Source: a virus (taxonomy: Duplodnaviria; Caudoviricetes). Taken from it: 64,000 nt of DNA. A program made the translations under genes and the position numbers. The DNA lies in IMG/VR virus record IMGVR_UViG_2700988807_000001, positions 12,798 through 76,797 of that record, one strand, 5' to 3'. Below the pieces are notes generated by a model. The model saw only the letters and a list, made by a program, of their open reading frames with translations. It was not told the DNA's origin and did no database searches. This document shows positions 27,625 through 35,256 of the stretch, piece after piece; the first letter of the stretch is position 1; every line of letters starts with the position of its first letter.

Positions 27625-27664
27625 AAAACTGACTTGCCAATTTATACACGGCATTTCAGTTTTT
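27625..27664 (+). terminator. Terminator hairpin with ACAC loop
   Basis: AAAACTGACTTGCC-AATTTATACAC-GGCATTTCAGTTTTT. Confidence 0.6.
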
Positions 27665-27672
27665 CGTACGGA

Positions 27673-27714
27673 TCGCATATTTAACACACCTTATAATGAG
27701 ACCCCTACGAAAGG
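27673..27714 (+). promoter_or_regulatory. Promoter plus leader, copy 5
   Basis: TCGCATATTTAACACACCTTATAATGAGACCCCTACGAAAGG. Confidence 0.8.
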
Positions 27715-27724
27715 AACACATCTA

Positions 27725-27997
27725 ATGAATAAGATTCACCTCGCCCTCGCAGCAGGTACGTTCGTCGTCGCTGGGATCGCCGCTGTCAACTACGCCCATA
27801 TTTCTCGCGAAGAGAAAGCCAAGCGTGCCGAGATCAAGAAGAACCAAGAACTCGACATTCAGGCCATCAATCTCGCTGCTGAGCGAATGAAGGAAAAGTT
27901 GAACGACGGCGTTCACTTCGAATCGATCTACGACCTGTTCCGCGATTTGGGTGACGAGATCAACTTCCAGAAGATCGCAGTTCGAATCGAAGACTGA
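27725..27997 (+). CDS. Cassette membrane-anchored protein
   Basis: N-terminal TM helix followed by a charged helix. Confidence 0.75.
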   Translation: MNKIHLALAAGTFVVAGIAAVNYAHISREEKAKRAEIKKNQELDIQAINLAAERMKEKLNDGVHFESIYDLFRDLGDEINFQKIAVRIED

Positions 27998-28002
27998 CTC
28001 AG

Positions 28003-28039
28003 AAACCTAAACCCACACGCAACACGGGTTTTAGGTTTT
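28003..28039 (+). terminator. Terminator hairpin with ACAC loop
   Basis: AAACCTAAACCC-ACACGCAACAC-GGGTTTTAGGTTTT. Confidence 0.65.
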
Positions 28040-28044
28040 GTCTT

Positions 28045-28086
28045 TCGCAGGAAAAACACACATTATAATGAGACCCCTACGAAAGG
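28045..28086 (+). promoter_or_regulatory. Promoter plus leader, copy 6
   Basis: TCGCAGGAAAAACACACATTATAATGAGACCCCTACGAAAGG. Confidence 0.8.
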
Positions 28087-28093
28087 ACATATC

Positions 28094-28324
28094 ATGAAGA
28101 ACAAGCTTGCTTCCGTCAAGAAGTTCGTGAAAGACAACGAAATCGTTATCGCTACAACAGCAATCCTCGCAGCAACTGCTGGCGCCACCATTGCCCTGAC
28201 TCACTACGCAGTCAAGATGGAAAACGCCGCGGCTGACTCCGAAGCATTGTTCTTGAAGGAGCACGGTTCGCAGGTCTACCGCGAAACCAACCACGGAACC
28301 ATCTACTTCAGCATGAACCCCTAA
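28094..28324 (+). CDS. Cassette small membrane protein
   Basis: MKNKLASVKKFVKDN followed by a TM helix. Confidence 0.75.
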   Translation: MKNKLASVKKFVKDNEIVIATTAILAATAGATIALTHYAVKMENAAADSEALFLKEHGSQVYRETNHGTIYFSMNP

Positions 28325-28334
28325 GTAAGAACCG

Positions 28335-28370
28335 AAACCACGAGCCCAAGCAACACGGGCTTTTGGTTTT
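28335..28370 (+). terminator. Terminator hairpin with ACAC loop
   Basis: AAACCACGAGCCC-AAGCAACAC-GGGCTTTTGGTTTT. Confidence 0.65.
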
Positions 28371-28375
28371 ACCAA

Positions 28376-28400
28376 TCGCAGAAAAAACACGCGCTATAAT
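28376..28400 (+). promoter_or_regulatory. Promoter copy 7 (no mRNA leader; precedes tRNA-like RNA)
   Basis: TCGCAGAAAAAACACGCGCTATAAT. Confidence 0.75.
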
Positions 28401-28486
28401 GAAAGGAAAGACTCGTAGCTCAGTTGGAATGAGCGTCGTCAGCAATGACGAAGGTCGCAGGTTCGAGTCCTGCCGAGCTTTCCTTC
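28401..28486 (+). ncRNA. tRNA-like RNA lacking a canonical anticodon loop
   Basis: D arm GCTC-AGTTGGAAT-GAGC, T arm GCAGG-TTCGAGT-CCTGC, middle arm TCGTCA-GCAA-TGACGA, extended bulged acceptor-like stem, no CCA. Confidence 0.75.
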
Positions 28487-28498
28487 TTATTTTTGCCT

Positions 28499-28523
28499 TC
28501 GCAGAAAAAACACACACTATAAT
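28499..28523 (+). promoter_or_regulatory. Promoter copy 8 (no mRNA leader)
   Basis: TCGCAGAAAAAACACACACTATAAT. Confidence 0.75.
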
Positions 28524-28648
28524 GAGAAGGAAACTTCTCCAATAAGAGAAAGGTGAGACGCGAATGCGTAGGTGAAACTCCTACCCACCTGGCGCAAACA
28601 ACAATAATCACGAGTTTTCAGCGGACCGTGAGCCCATGTTCTCTTATA
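28524..28648 (+). ncRNA. Putative structured ncRNA
   Basis: GAGAAG-GAAA-CTTCTC hairpin; closing stem ATAAGAGAA/TTCTCTTAT; AGGTG/CACCT; GTAGG-TGAAACT-CCTAC T-loop-like arm; T-run follows. Confidence 0.6.
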
Positions 28649-28753
28649 GTTTTTGCTTTATTTTACCTGAATTCGTCAGAGTGACGTTTTAGCCCATACC
28701 CCAGGTAGGGTCAGAACGTGGCTCTGGCCACTTCATGTATTTTTACGTAGGAA

Positions 28754-28795
28754 TCGCATGTAAAACACACCATATAATGAGACCCCTACGAAAGG
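28754..28795 (+). promoter_or_regulatory. Promoter plus leader, copy 9
   Basis: TCGCATGTAAAACACACCATATAATGAGACCCCTACGAAAGG. Confidence 0.8.
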
Positions 28796-28801
28796 ATTAC
28801 C

Positions 28802-29053
28802 ATGATCAACGAGCTCAACGCCATCAAGCAGATCGTTGTCAACAACCCTACCGTCGTCAAGGCTACCCTCGCTGCAGCCGGACTGGCTGTCGGAACCACT
28901 GTCGCATACCGGATCAAGAAGAAAGAAGCTCTTCTTGCTGGAGGCGCTCAGTGGATGTCCGTCGAACAGTACGAGCAGCACGTAGCCGACAACGAAGGTG
29001 TTGACCGCAACGACCTCCTTGAGGACGAGTACGTCGTCATCGACCCTCAGTAA
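28802..29053 (+). CDS. Cassette small membrane protein
   Basis: Amphipathic N-terminus, TM helix, acidic tail. Confidence 0.75.
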   Translation: MINELNAIKQIVVNNPTVVKATLAAAGLAVGTTVAYRIKKKEALLAGGAQWMSVEQYEQHVADNEGVDRNDLLEDEYVVIDPQ

Positions 29054-29058
29054 GAACC

Positions 29059-29098
29059 AAAAACCATAAGTCCAATCTATACACGGACTTTTGGTTTT
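29059..29098 (+). terminator. Terminator hairpin with ACAC loop
   Basis: Near-identical to the 26862 hairpin. Confidence 0.7.
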
Positions 29099-29104
29099 AC
29101 CCTT

Positions 29105-29146
29105 TCGCATATTTTACACACCCTATAATGAGACCCCTATGAAAGG
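29105..29146 (+). promoter_or_regulatory. Promoter plus leader, copy 10
   Basis: TCGCATATTTTACACACCCTATAATGAGACCCCTATGAAAGG. Confidence 0.8.
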
Positions 29147-29150
29147 ACCT

Positions 29151-29417
29151 ATGATGGAAATCAAGAACGAGATCAACGCTAAGATCGATTCCACCAAGAA
29201 GTTCGTAAAGAAGCACAAGACCTTCCTCGCATATACTGCGGGCGTTGTTGTCGGAGCTACTGGAGTGGCTGTTGCATTGAGCAATCAGTCAGCCCTGATA
29301 GTAACCCGAGAACAAATCCGCCACATGCAGAGCGGTGGCGTGGTTGCATACGAATCTCCTGTTGGAACGATCCTTACTTGGATCAAGCCCGACAACATCA
29401 ACATCCCCACAACGTAA
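29151..29417 (+). CDS. Cassette small membrane protein
   Basis: KIDSTKKFVKKHK followed by a TM helix. Confidence 0.75.
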   Translation: MMEIKNEINAKIDSTKKFVKKHKTFLAYTAGVVVGATGVAVALSNQSALIVTREQIRHMQSGGVVAYESPVGTILTWIKPDNINIPTT

Positions 29418-29424
29418 GTCAACG

Positions 29425-29456
29425 ACTGAAGTTCCCTAACAAGGAATTTCAGTTTT
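29425..29456 (+). terminator. Terminator hairpin
   Basis: ACTGAAGTTCC-CTAACAA-GGAATTTCAGT-TTT. Confidence 0.6.
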
Positions 29457-29505
29457 CCTTTTAAGGACAAAGGTTTACAACCTCGCATATTTCAAAGGAG
29501 AACCA

Positions 29506-29742
29506 ATGTCCAAAGTCCAACTACTCAGACTGATCGGATCTCTGTTCATCATCGAGTCCGCAATCCTCGTCAAGATAGCTTGGGATCTTCACGACCGACA
29601 GCAAGATTTCGAAACTTCGGATGCGCTTCTGAATTACTGTCTCGACAAAGTCAATGAGGAAGCCGGGTTCGACGAGTTTGACATCGTTGCTCTGAACACG
29701 ATCTTGGAGACAAACGGATCCATATTTCACAAAGGTCTCTAA
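29506..29742 (+). CDS. Small membrane protein
   Basis: AAAGGAG RBS; N-terminal TM helix. Confidence 0.7.
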   Translation: MSKVQLLRLIGSLFIIESAILVKIAWDLHDRQQDFETSDALLNYCLDKVNEEAGFDEFDIVALNTILETNGSIFHKGL

Positions 29743-29753
29743 CGTAACTTAAA

Positions 29754-29795
29754 TCGCAGAAAAAACACACCCTATAATGAGACCCCTATGAGAGG
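29754..29795 (+). promoter_or_regulatory. Promoter plus leader, copy 11
   Basis: TCGCAGAAAAAACACACCCTATAATGAGACCCCTATGAGAGG. Confidence 0.8.
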
Positions 29796-29802
29796 ATACG
29801 CC

Positions 29803-29895
29803 ATGACCGCTATTGTCGCTCCCGTGCTCATCACCACCTTCCTGGTTGTGCTGTACATGATCGCGCCGAAGCTTGCTGGTTACATCACCAAGTAG
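29803..29895 (+). CDS. 30-aa hydrophobic peptide (not in ORF track)
   Basis: MTAIVAPVLITTFLVVLYMIAPKLAGYITK, located between promoter/leader and terminator. Confidence 0.7.
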   Translation: MTAIVAPVLITTFLVVLYMIAPKLAGYITK

Positions 29896-29899
29896 ATCG

Positions 29900-29944
29900 A
29901 AAAGCTTGAAGCTCCCTAACACGGAGTTTCAGCTTTCTGTTTTT
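29900..29944 (+). terminator. Terminator hairpin with ACAC loop
   Basis: AAAGCTTGAAGCTCC-CTAACAC-GGAGTTTCAGCTTT. Confidence 0.65.
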
Positions 29945-29991
29945 CCTCTCTCCCACACACCTATATTTTGATCACCTATGAAGGGACCACC

Positions 29992-30207
29992 ATGAAGAAG
30001 CTGGGCATCGTTGCCGTCTCCACCACCGTAGGATTCGCCGCGGGAGTGTCGAGCGTGGGCTACATCATCACGAACAAGAAGATCATGAAGAAGGTCTTGA
30101 TGGCATATTTCAAGACGATCGACTTCTCAATGACCGACGAACAGACTCGAGTTCTCGGAGAGCTAACTCAGCAGATGAAGTTGGCAAAGACCAAGAAGAA
30201 GCCCTAA
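29992..30207 (+). CDS. Small membrane protein
   Basis: N-terminal hydrophobic helix; RBS AAGGGA. Confidence 0.65.
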   Translation: MKKLGIVAVSTTVGFAAGVSSVGYIITNKKIMKKVLMAYFKTIDFSMTDEQTRVLGELTQQMKLAKTKKKP

Positions 30208-30252
30208 CCTCTCGTCTCCACGCGCCACACTCATATTTGAAAGGCTATACCT

Positions 30253-30432
30253 ATGCGCAAGGCAACGTTCGTCCTGTCCGCTCTCAGCTTCGTCACCTCC
30301 GTCGCGACCCTCGGGGTTCTCGCTTACGGAGCAAAGAAGGTCCACAACGATATTCAGGGGATTCGAGAAAAGGTCAACACCTCCATCGGCCAGTTCAAGA
30401 AGACCCTCGTCAACTTCGACTTCTCCGTCTAA
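30253..30432 (+). CDS. Small membrane protein (59 aa, not in ORF track)
   Basis: MRKATFVLSALSFVTSVATLGVLAYG after GAAAGG. Confidence 0.65.
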   Translation: MRKATFVLSALSFVTSVATLGVLAYGAKKVHNDIQGIREKVNTSIGQFKKTLVNFDFSV

Positions 30433-30460
30433 CTCACCGATCCAACGAAAGGGTAAGAAC

Positions 30461-30742
30461 ATGAGCGCGTACAACTCCTTCAACGACTTCCTCGCCAACA
30501 ACCCGCAGTGGATCATATTCATCAGCATCGCCCTTCCGTGGGTCGGTCTCATGATGCTGGTGATGTTCTTCGAGAAGGGACGGAAGAAGCACAAGGCGGT
30601 TCGTAAGGCTTACAAGGCCGGCGAACTCCAGAAGCGCCCGAGCCGTCGCACCAACCTCACAGTCGTCGAGCCCGTGTCGAATCGTAAGGACGTTCCGTCC
30701 GACTACTTCGATCGTGTCAACGAATTCCGAGCAAGCCTCTAA
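30461..30742 (+). CDS. Membrane protein
   Basis: TM helix WIIFISIALPWVGLMMLVMFF plus basic tail. Confidence 0.7.
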   Translation: MSAYNSFNDFLANNPQWIIFISIALPWVGLMMLVMFFEKGRKKHKAVRKAYKAGELQKRPSRRTNLTVVEPVSNRKDVPSDYFDRVNEFRASL

Positions 30743-30760
30743 GAAAGGTTTTCGCCTTCA

Positions 30761-30985
30761 ATGCTTTCGTCTACCATCAGCGTTCTCTGGGATATTCTTC
30801 TCGTCTTCTTGCTGATCATCGGTATCATCATCGTGATCGGACTTGTCACTGGCTGGATGGCTGTCGTGTGGACCTACGTCACGCGATTCGTCAATGCCTA
30901 TCGTCGGGCCTCGCGTGAGCTAGAAGCTGCCGAGGAGCTCGAAAGGGTCGATGACGACGATCCCTACGGCAAGCTTGTCGACTGA
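30761..30985 (+). CDS. Membrane protein
   Basis: Long hydrophobic N-terminal half. Confidence 0.65.
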   Translation: MLSSTISVLWDILLVFLLIIGIIIVIGLVTGWMAVVWTYVTRFVNAYRRASRELEAAEELERVDDDDPYGKLVD

Positions 30986-31025
30986 CCAAATCTATCAACC
31001 ATATCTGAAACAACTCTGGAGAATC

Positions 31026-31820
31026 ATGAACCTCTCTGTCCTGGCGAAGAACCTCGAAAAGTTCGCGGTCGCCAATTCCCCCGCAATCCTGACTGGCATC
31101 GCTGTCACCGGCACGGTCGCAACGGCAATCCTGGCCGGCAAGGCATCGTTCAAGGCCGCGAAGATCATCGCCGGCGAAGAGGAGAAGATCAAGGACCGTA
31201 TGGTCGAGGTCTCCGACGACGAGGAGACTGACCAAGAGCTCGATGTGAAGGCAAAGACCCTTCTCGTCTGGAAGCTCTATATTCCAGCAGCAAGCACCTG
31301 CGTCACGACCGTCATGGCCATGATCGCTGCCAACCAGATCGGCACCCGACGCACCGCGGCAATGGCAGCGGCATATTCTCTCTCGGAGAAGGCGTTCGGT
31401 GAGTACCGTGAGAAGATCGTCGAGAAGATGGGTCCTGCGAAGGAAGCCAAGGCTCGCGACGAACTTGCTCAGGAGCGCGTCTCTCGCACTCCGATGCCCT
31501 CCAGCCAGCTCATCATCACGGGTAACGAGGTTTGCTGCTTCGATCAGCACAGCGGTCGTTATTTCCTGAGCACGGTGGAAGATCTGAAGCAGGCTCAGAA
31601 CAACACGAACTACCGGATCATCAACGACGGTTACCAGAGCCTGAACGATTTCTACGATCGCATCGGCCTCGATATCGTCCCGACCGGCGAAGAGCTCGGA
31701 TGGAACACCGACACGAAGCTGGAGCTGTACTTCTCGACCGTCATGTCTCCTGATCAGCGCCCCTGCGTCGCCATCGAGTTCGCCAAGGGTCCCATCGCAA
31801 ACTACTACAAGGGTCACTGA
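31026..31820 (+). CDS. Conserved phage protein (DUF6353-like), paralog of 37205
   Basis: NSPAILTG..TAILA..KLYIPA..AAAYS..EYREKI..SLNDFYD..GW. Confidence 0.7.
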   Translation: MNLSVLAKNLEKFAVANSPAILTGIAVTGTVATAILAGKASFKAAKIIAGEEEKIKDRMVEVSDDEETDQELDVKAKTLLVWKLYIPAASTCVTTVMAMIAANQIGTRRTAAMAAAYSLSEKAFGEYREKIVEKMGPAKEAKARDELAQERVSRTPMPSSQLIITGNEVCCFDQHSGRYFLSTVEDLKQAQNNTNYRIINDGYQSLNDFYDRIGLDIVPTGEELGWNTDTKLELYFSTVMSPDQRPCVAIEFAKGPIANYYKGH

Positions 31821-31852
31821 CCACCAACTACCATATTTGGGGAGGAACCACC

Positions 31853-32095
31853 ATGCACCACAAACAAGATCGTGAATTCACCTATGAGACGGGCACGGAC
31901 GAGCCCCTCAATCCGGACCCGGCCATCGCCGCAAGTATGACGGAGCAGGGCGTCAGCAAGTGCGAGAACAGTTGCAAGCTCTACAAGCATCCGCGAGCAG
32001 ACATCATCGTCCTCGCACACAACTCGTCGTACGGATGCAAGCGCACCAAGTCCCATATCGTGAGTGAGTTCACGGAGGCGAACATCAATGCCTGA
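31853..32095 (+). CDS. Hypothetical protein (Cys/His-containing)
   Basis: GGAGGA RBS. Confidence 0.6.
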   Translation: MHHKQDREFTYETGTDEPLNPDPAIAASMTEQGVSKCENSCKLYKHPRADIIVLAHNSSYGCKRTKSHIVSEFTEANINA

Positions 32096-32288
32096 GCGTG
32101 AGTACTGGATGGTTCCTCTCCACGAGAGTCAGCCTGAGGACACCTACAGTCGCCTGCTTCTCAAGGTGTCGGGGCAATTCGCTGATATTCTGACGGTCGA
32201 CGGCGGATACGAAAAGATCTACCTCGTCACCGAAGAGACCGCGCCGGCTCAGGACGATATTCTGAAGAGGGTGTTGGCTGATGCCTGA
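32088..32288 (+). CDS. Hypothetical protein
   Basis: GGAGG RBS; overlaps both neighbours. Confidence 0.55.
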   Translation: MPEREYWMVPLHESQPEDTYSRLLLKVSGQFADILTVDGGYEKIYLVTEETAPAQDDILKRVLADA

Positions 32289-32514
32289 GCACATGACTGT
32301 CGCCCTCAAGGAGCTCTTTCCCGAGTCGTTGTGGAACGAGCTCTACCTGCGGACCGTACGACGTGAAGACGTCTACAGTTCGCACATGCTCATCACCTCG
32401 ACCGGGGAAGTCAAGGAGTTGATCTCCACTCCGGGGTTCGAGGGTGTCTTCTCGCCGTTGTTGGTCAACCATAACGCAAACAATCTTCTAATGGGTATCG
32501 AAAGGGGTCTCTGA
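32281..32514 (+). CDS. Hypothetical protein
   Basis: Tightly packed ORF. Confidence 0.55.
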   Translation: MPEHMTVALKELFPESLWNELYLRTVRREDVYSSHMLITSTGEVKELISTPGFEGVFSPLLVNHNANNLLMGIERGL

Positions 32515-32864
32515 TGTGCAATTATCCCGGTCCGATGATGGTTTCCATCGGAGACAGCGTCCCGGAAGAGACGTGGAATCGTATCAAGTTGCAGTGTGCG
32601 CTCAACTTGTACGGACGAATTGCTCCCGTCGTGACCGATGGCATTCGGAACGTCGGCGAGGTGTTTGTCAAAATGGGTGAGTCCATGAAGAACATCGACT
32701 TCAGTCACGCACAAGAGCAGATCGAGAAGGTCACACAAACACCTATTGCCGGCTTCCACTCCGTGGCCAATCCGATGCAGAAGGTCGAGTACGGCATCAA
32801 GGCGGCGTCGACGTCTCATATTCTCGAGTCCCTCGGGGTGACAAGCGACGGGCGTCATGTGTGA
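32514..32864 (+). CDS. Hypothetical protein
   Basis: TGATG coupling with the upstream gene. Confidence 0.55.
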   Translation: MCNYPGPMMVSIGDSVPEETWNRIKLQCALNLYGRIAPVVTDGIRNVGEVFVKMGESMKNIDFSHAQEQIEKVTQTPIAGFHSVANPMQKVEYGIKAASTSHILESLGVTSDGRHV

Positions 32865-33273
32865 GGCGGGGACGTGCCGGCCGTGTCGGCTAGAGGATCG
32901 TTTGACCGATCGAGTCATGGGGACGACGCGAGACTACATCGAGTTCGTAAAGCTCCCGACCGTCGAACAGAACATGGCGAATCGTAAGATCCATGGACTG
33001 TCTCTTATTTCCTCGACCAACTCCAAGGTCCAGAGACAGACTCCGCCTCCCGGAAACCTCTCGTCCAAAGAGAGCATTGCGGCTCGAAAGAAGCGAGAGA
33101 ACGCAAAGCGGAAGGCAAACCGAGAGCTTCGCAACGGCCGGCTATATTCTCTCGGATGCCCTGAGCATGGTACACCTTCCGGATACAAGCATTGGCACTG
33201 TCGATGCGCACCTTGTACGGACGCGCACACCAAAGAGCGAAACGGTTCGTACCAAGGAAAGCAGGTAGGATGA
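32857..33273 (+). CDS. Zn-binding protein with HGT..Y..CRC..C motif
   Basis: EHGTPSGYKHWHCRCAPC. Confidence 0.65.
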   Translation: MCEAGTCRPCRLEDRLTDRVMGTTRDYIEFVKLPTVEQNMANRKIHGLSLISSTNSKVQRQTPPPGNLSSKESIAARKKRENAKRKANRELRNGRLYSLGCPEHGTPSGYKHWHCRCAPCTDAHTKERNGSYQGKQVG

Positions 33274-33500
33274 CCGCCCCAATCACACTCGAAGATCGAG
33301 AGCGTTGGCGAAAGAACCACACGAACAAGCTTGCCATCCGCAAGATGAATCGGAAGATGGTCAACGGACGACTCACGTCCACCATGCTCCAAGAGCATGG
33401 TACGCCTTCCGGATACAACAATTGGTTCTGCCGATGCATCCCCTGCACCCAGGCATACAACGGTCGCAAGAAAGACAACCGCAAAAAGCGCCGTCGGTAG
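33270..33500 (+). CDS. Zn-binding protein with HGT..Y..CRC..C motif, paralog
   Basis: EHGTPSGYNNWFCRCIPC. Confidence 0.65.
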   Translation: MTAPITLEDRERWRKNHTNKLAIRKMNRKMVNGRLTSTMLQEHGTPSGYNNWFCRCIPCTQAYNGRKKDNRKKRRR

Positions 33501-33535
33501 CCCACAAAGACTTATCTTCCCCAGAGACGTCTGCG

Positions 33536-33577
33536 TCGCAGAAAAAACACGCGCTATAATGAGACCCCTATGAAAGG
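33536..33577 (+). promoter_or_regulatory. Promoter plus leader, copy 12
   Basis: TCGCAGAAAAAACACGCGCTATAATGAGACCCCTATGAAAGG. Confidence 0.8.
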
Positions 33578-33584
33578 AACAAAC

Positions 33585-33821
33585 ATGTCTGATCAGAACG
33601 AGAACGTCGTCATCGAAGAAGATGCAATCGTCGTTCGTTTCCCCCGCTTCAAGAAGATCTTGAGGAAGATCGAAGACAACTCGGCACTCATCGCAGCTGT
33701 TACCGCGACTGTAGTGACCTCGGTTGGAATCATCGCCCTCAAGCGACTCGACGAGAAGACGGTGGAGACGACGGAGGTTGTGGAAACAACGGTGATCGAC
33801 GTCACTCCCACTGAAGACTGA
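33585..33821 (+). CDS. Cassette small membrane protein
   Basis: Basic amphipathic stretch, TM helix, acidic tail; terminator-like hairpin at 33842-33886. Confidence 0.7.
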   Translation: MSDQNENVVIEEDAIVVRFPRFKKILRKIEDNSALIAAVTATVVTSVGIIALKRLDEKTVETTEVVETTVIDVTPTED

Positions 33822-33906
33822 TATTCCCACACAGAGATCGAAAAGCGAAAGGCTTAGTAAAGAAATTTACTAGGTCTTTCTCTTTTGCTTTCACGGACAA
33901 AGAGGA

Positions 33907-34413
33907 TTGATTCCGCAAATGGACCACAAGACGTTCAACGCATATTTGGAAGAGAAGTTCGACACAATTCGATCGACTCTCGGTCTCAAGGGTATGGAGT
34001 ACGTCCCCGACGAGGGTGGCTCTCGCTTCCACAACTTCGATATTGCGGCAGCCTTCAACGACGAGTCCCCCGAGAAGGCGCTCTGGGGAATGCTCACCAA
34101 GCATCTCGTGAGTATCGCGGACATGGTGAAGGTAGATCCGACCAAGCACGCCATGGAGGTGTGGGACGAGAAGATCGGTGACGCTCTCAACTACCTCCTC
34201 CTGCTCAACGGCATGGTGAAGGATCATCACGCCACGGCAGAGCTGGTTCGATTCCACACCGGCCTCATCAATGCCATGACTCCTCCGGACACCAACGTGA
34301 CGAGCGCAGTCATTCAGAGTAACGACCACCTGTCGGGTCTGGCGAGTGGCGGAATCGAGTCAGTTCGTAAGGACGACACACATGACAGTGCTTGCTGTTC
34401 CCAGCAGCCCTGA
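33907..34413 (+). CDS. All-alpha NTP pyrophosphatase-like protein (Nmad1/DUF1599-like)
   Basis: KGMEY..FHNF..KH..EKIGDALNYLLLL pattern. Confidence 0.55.
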   Translation: MIPQMDHKTFNAYLEEKFDTIRSTLGLKGMEYVPDEGGSRFHNFDIAAAFNDESPEKALWGMLTKHLVSIADMVKVDPTKHAMEVWDEKIGDALNYLLLLNGMVKDHHATAELVRFHTGLINAMTPPDTNVTSAVIQSNDHLSGLASGGIESVRKDDTHDSACCSQQP

Positions 34414-34455
34414 CCATATTCTCACCCAGCAAGAACACACAAGGAGCACAAAGTA

Positions 34456-35097
34456 ATGCTGAAGCAGACCGTCGAGTACACCGACTTCGATGACAACCGT
34501 TGCGCCGAGACGCTCTATTTCAATCTCACCAAGACCGAGCTTGCAGAGAACGCTCACCTGCAGGATCGTCTCGAGTCGATGCAGAAGATGTTTGGTGGTG
34601 AGAAGCGTCAGCTCGAGAGCGCGGAGATCAAGGAGATCCTCGAACTCGTCAAGACGATCATGCGTATTTCCTACGGTGTTCGCAGTGCCGATGGCAAGCG
34701 ATTCATCAAGACGGAGGATCAGTGGGTCGAGTTCACCCAGACGGCCGTCTACGACGAGTTCCTCATCTCCATGTTCACGGATCCGGACAAGATGTTCGCG
34801 TTCATGTACGGGATCATGCCGGCTGACATGCGCGATCAGGCAAAGGCCGAGGCCGAGCGACTTGCAGCGGAGCGTTCCATTTCTCAGGCAGCTCAGAACA
34901 CTCAGGCTCCGACTCCGCCGGCTCCTCCCGCCGCTCCTGCTGCGATGACCACGGGTGTCCCTACCAACCCGCCTGTGGATATTGTGGTCAACGAGCAGCC
35001 GGCAGCCGGTCAGCCCACCCAGGAACAGATGGCTGCTTACCTGCGCGATCAGCAGGCTCGTGGCGGACTGACCCAGCCGGGCTACTTGCAGGGCTGA
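34456..35097 (+). CDS. Conserved phage protein with Pro/Ala-rich tail
   Basis: YTDFDD..LYFNLTKTE..SYGVRSADGKRFIK. Confidence 0.7.
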   Translation: MLKQTVEYTDFDDNRCAETLYFNLTKTELAENAHLQDRLESMQKMFGGEKRQLESAEIKEILELVKTIMRISYGVRSADGKRFIKTEDQWVEFTQTAVYDEFLISMFTDPDKMFAFMYGIMPADMRDQAKAEAERLAAERSISQAAQNTQAPTPPAPPAAPAAMTTGVPTNPPVDIVVNEQPAAGQPTQEQMAAYLRDQQARGGLTQPGYLQG

Positions 35098-35106
35098 TTC
35101 ATATTT

Positions 35107-35222
35107 GAGGAAGAGGGGTTTGGCAAGGGTCCTTTGTAGGGGTCTCGCCCTAGTCCGGATGCCAAACTTAAACGACAGCCGTAGTGCTGTGGGGAAGCAG
35201 CGAATCATGCTCCCTCGACCTC
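35107..35222 (+). ncRNA. Putative sRNA antisense to the cassette mRNA leader
   Basis: Intergenic; stems GTTTGGCA/TGCCAAAC, AGGGT/GCCCT and ACAGC/GCTGT; loop CCTTTGTAGGGGTCTC is complementary to GAGACCCCTAC(G)AAAGG. Confidence 0.6.
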
Positions 35223-35256
35223 ACCACACACCTATATTTGAGTTGAAAGGATCGTC

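Noticed and set aside
27349-27684. ORF-track proteins that run through the promoter repeats (also 26057, 28735, 29091, 35919 extensions)
   Set aside because: They translate the regulatory repeat (YNETP..KG). The true starts lie after the GAAAGG RBS.
28411-28480. Canonical tRNA gene
   Set aside because: It has no 7-nt anticodon loop, a bulged acceptor stem and no CCA. Reported as a tRNA-like ncRNA instead.
26104-29800. Repeats with unique intervening sequence resembling a CRISPR array
   Set aside because: The intervening segments are about 100-500 bp, variable, and contain ORFs with RBS and terminators. The repeats are promoter-like and there is no cas operon.
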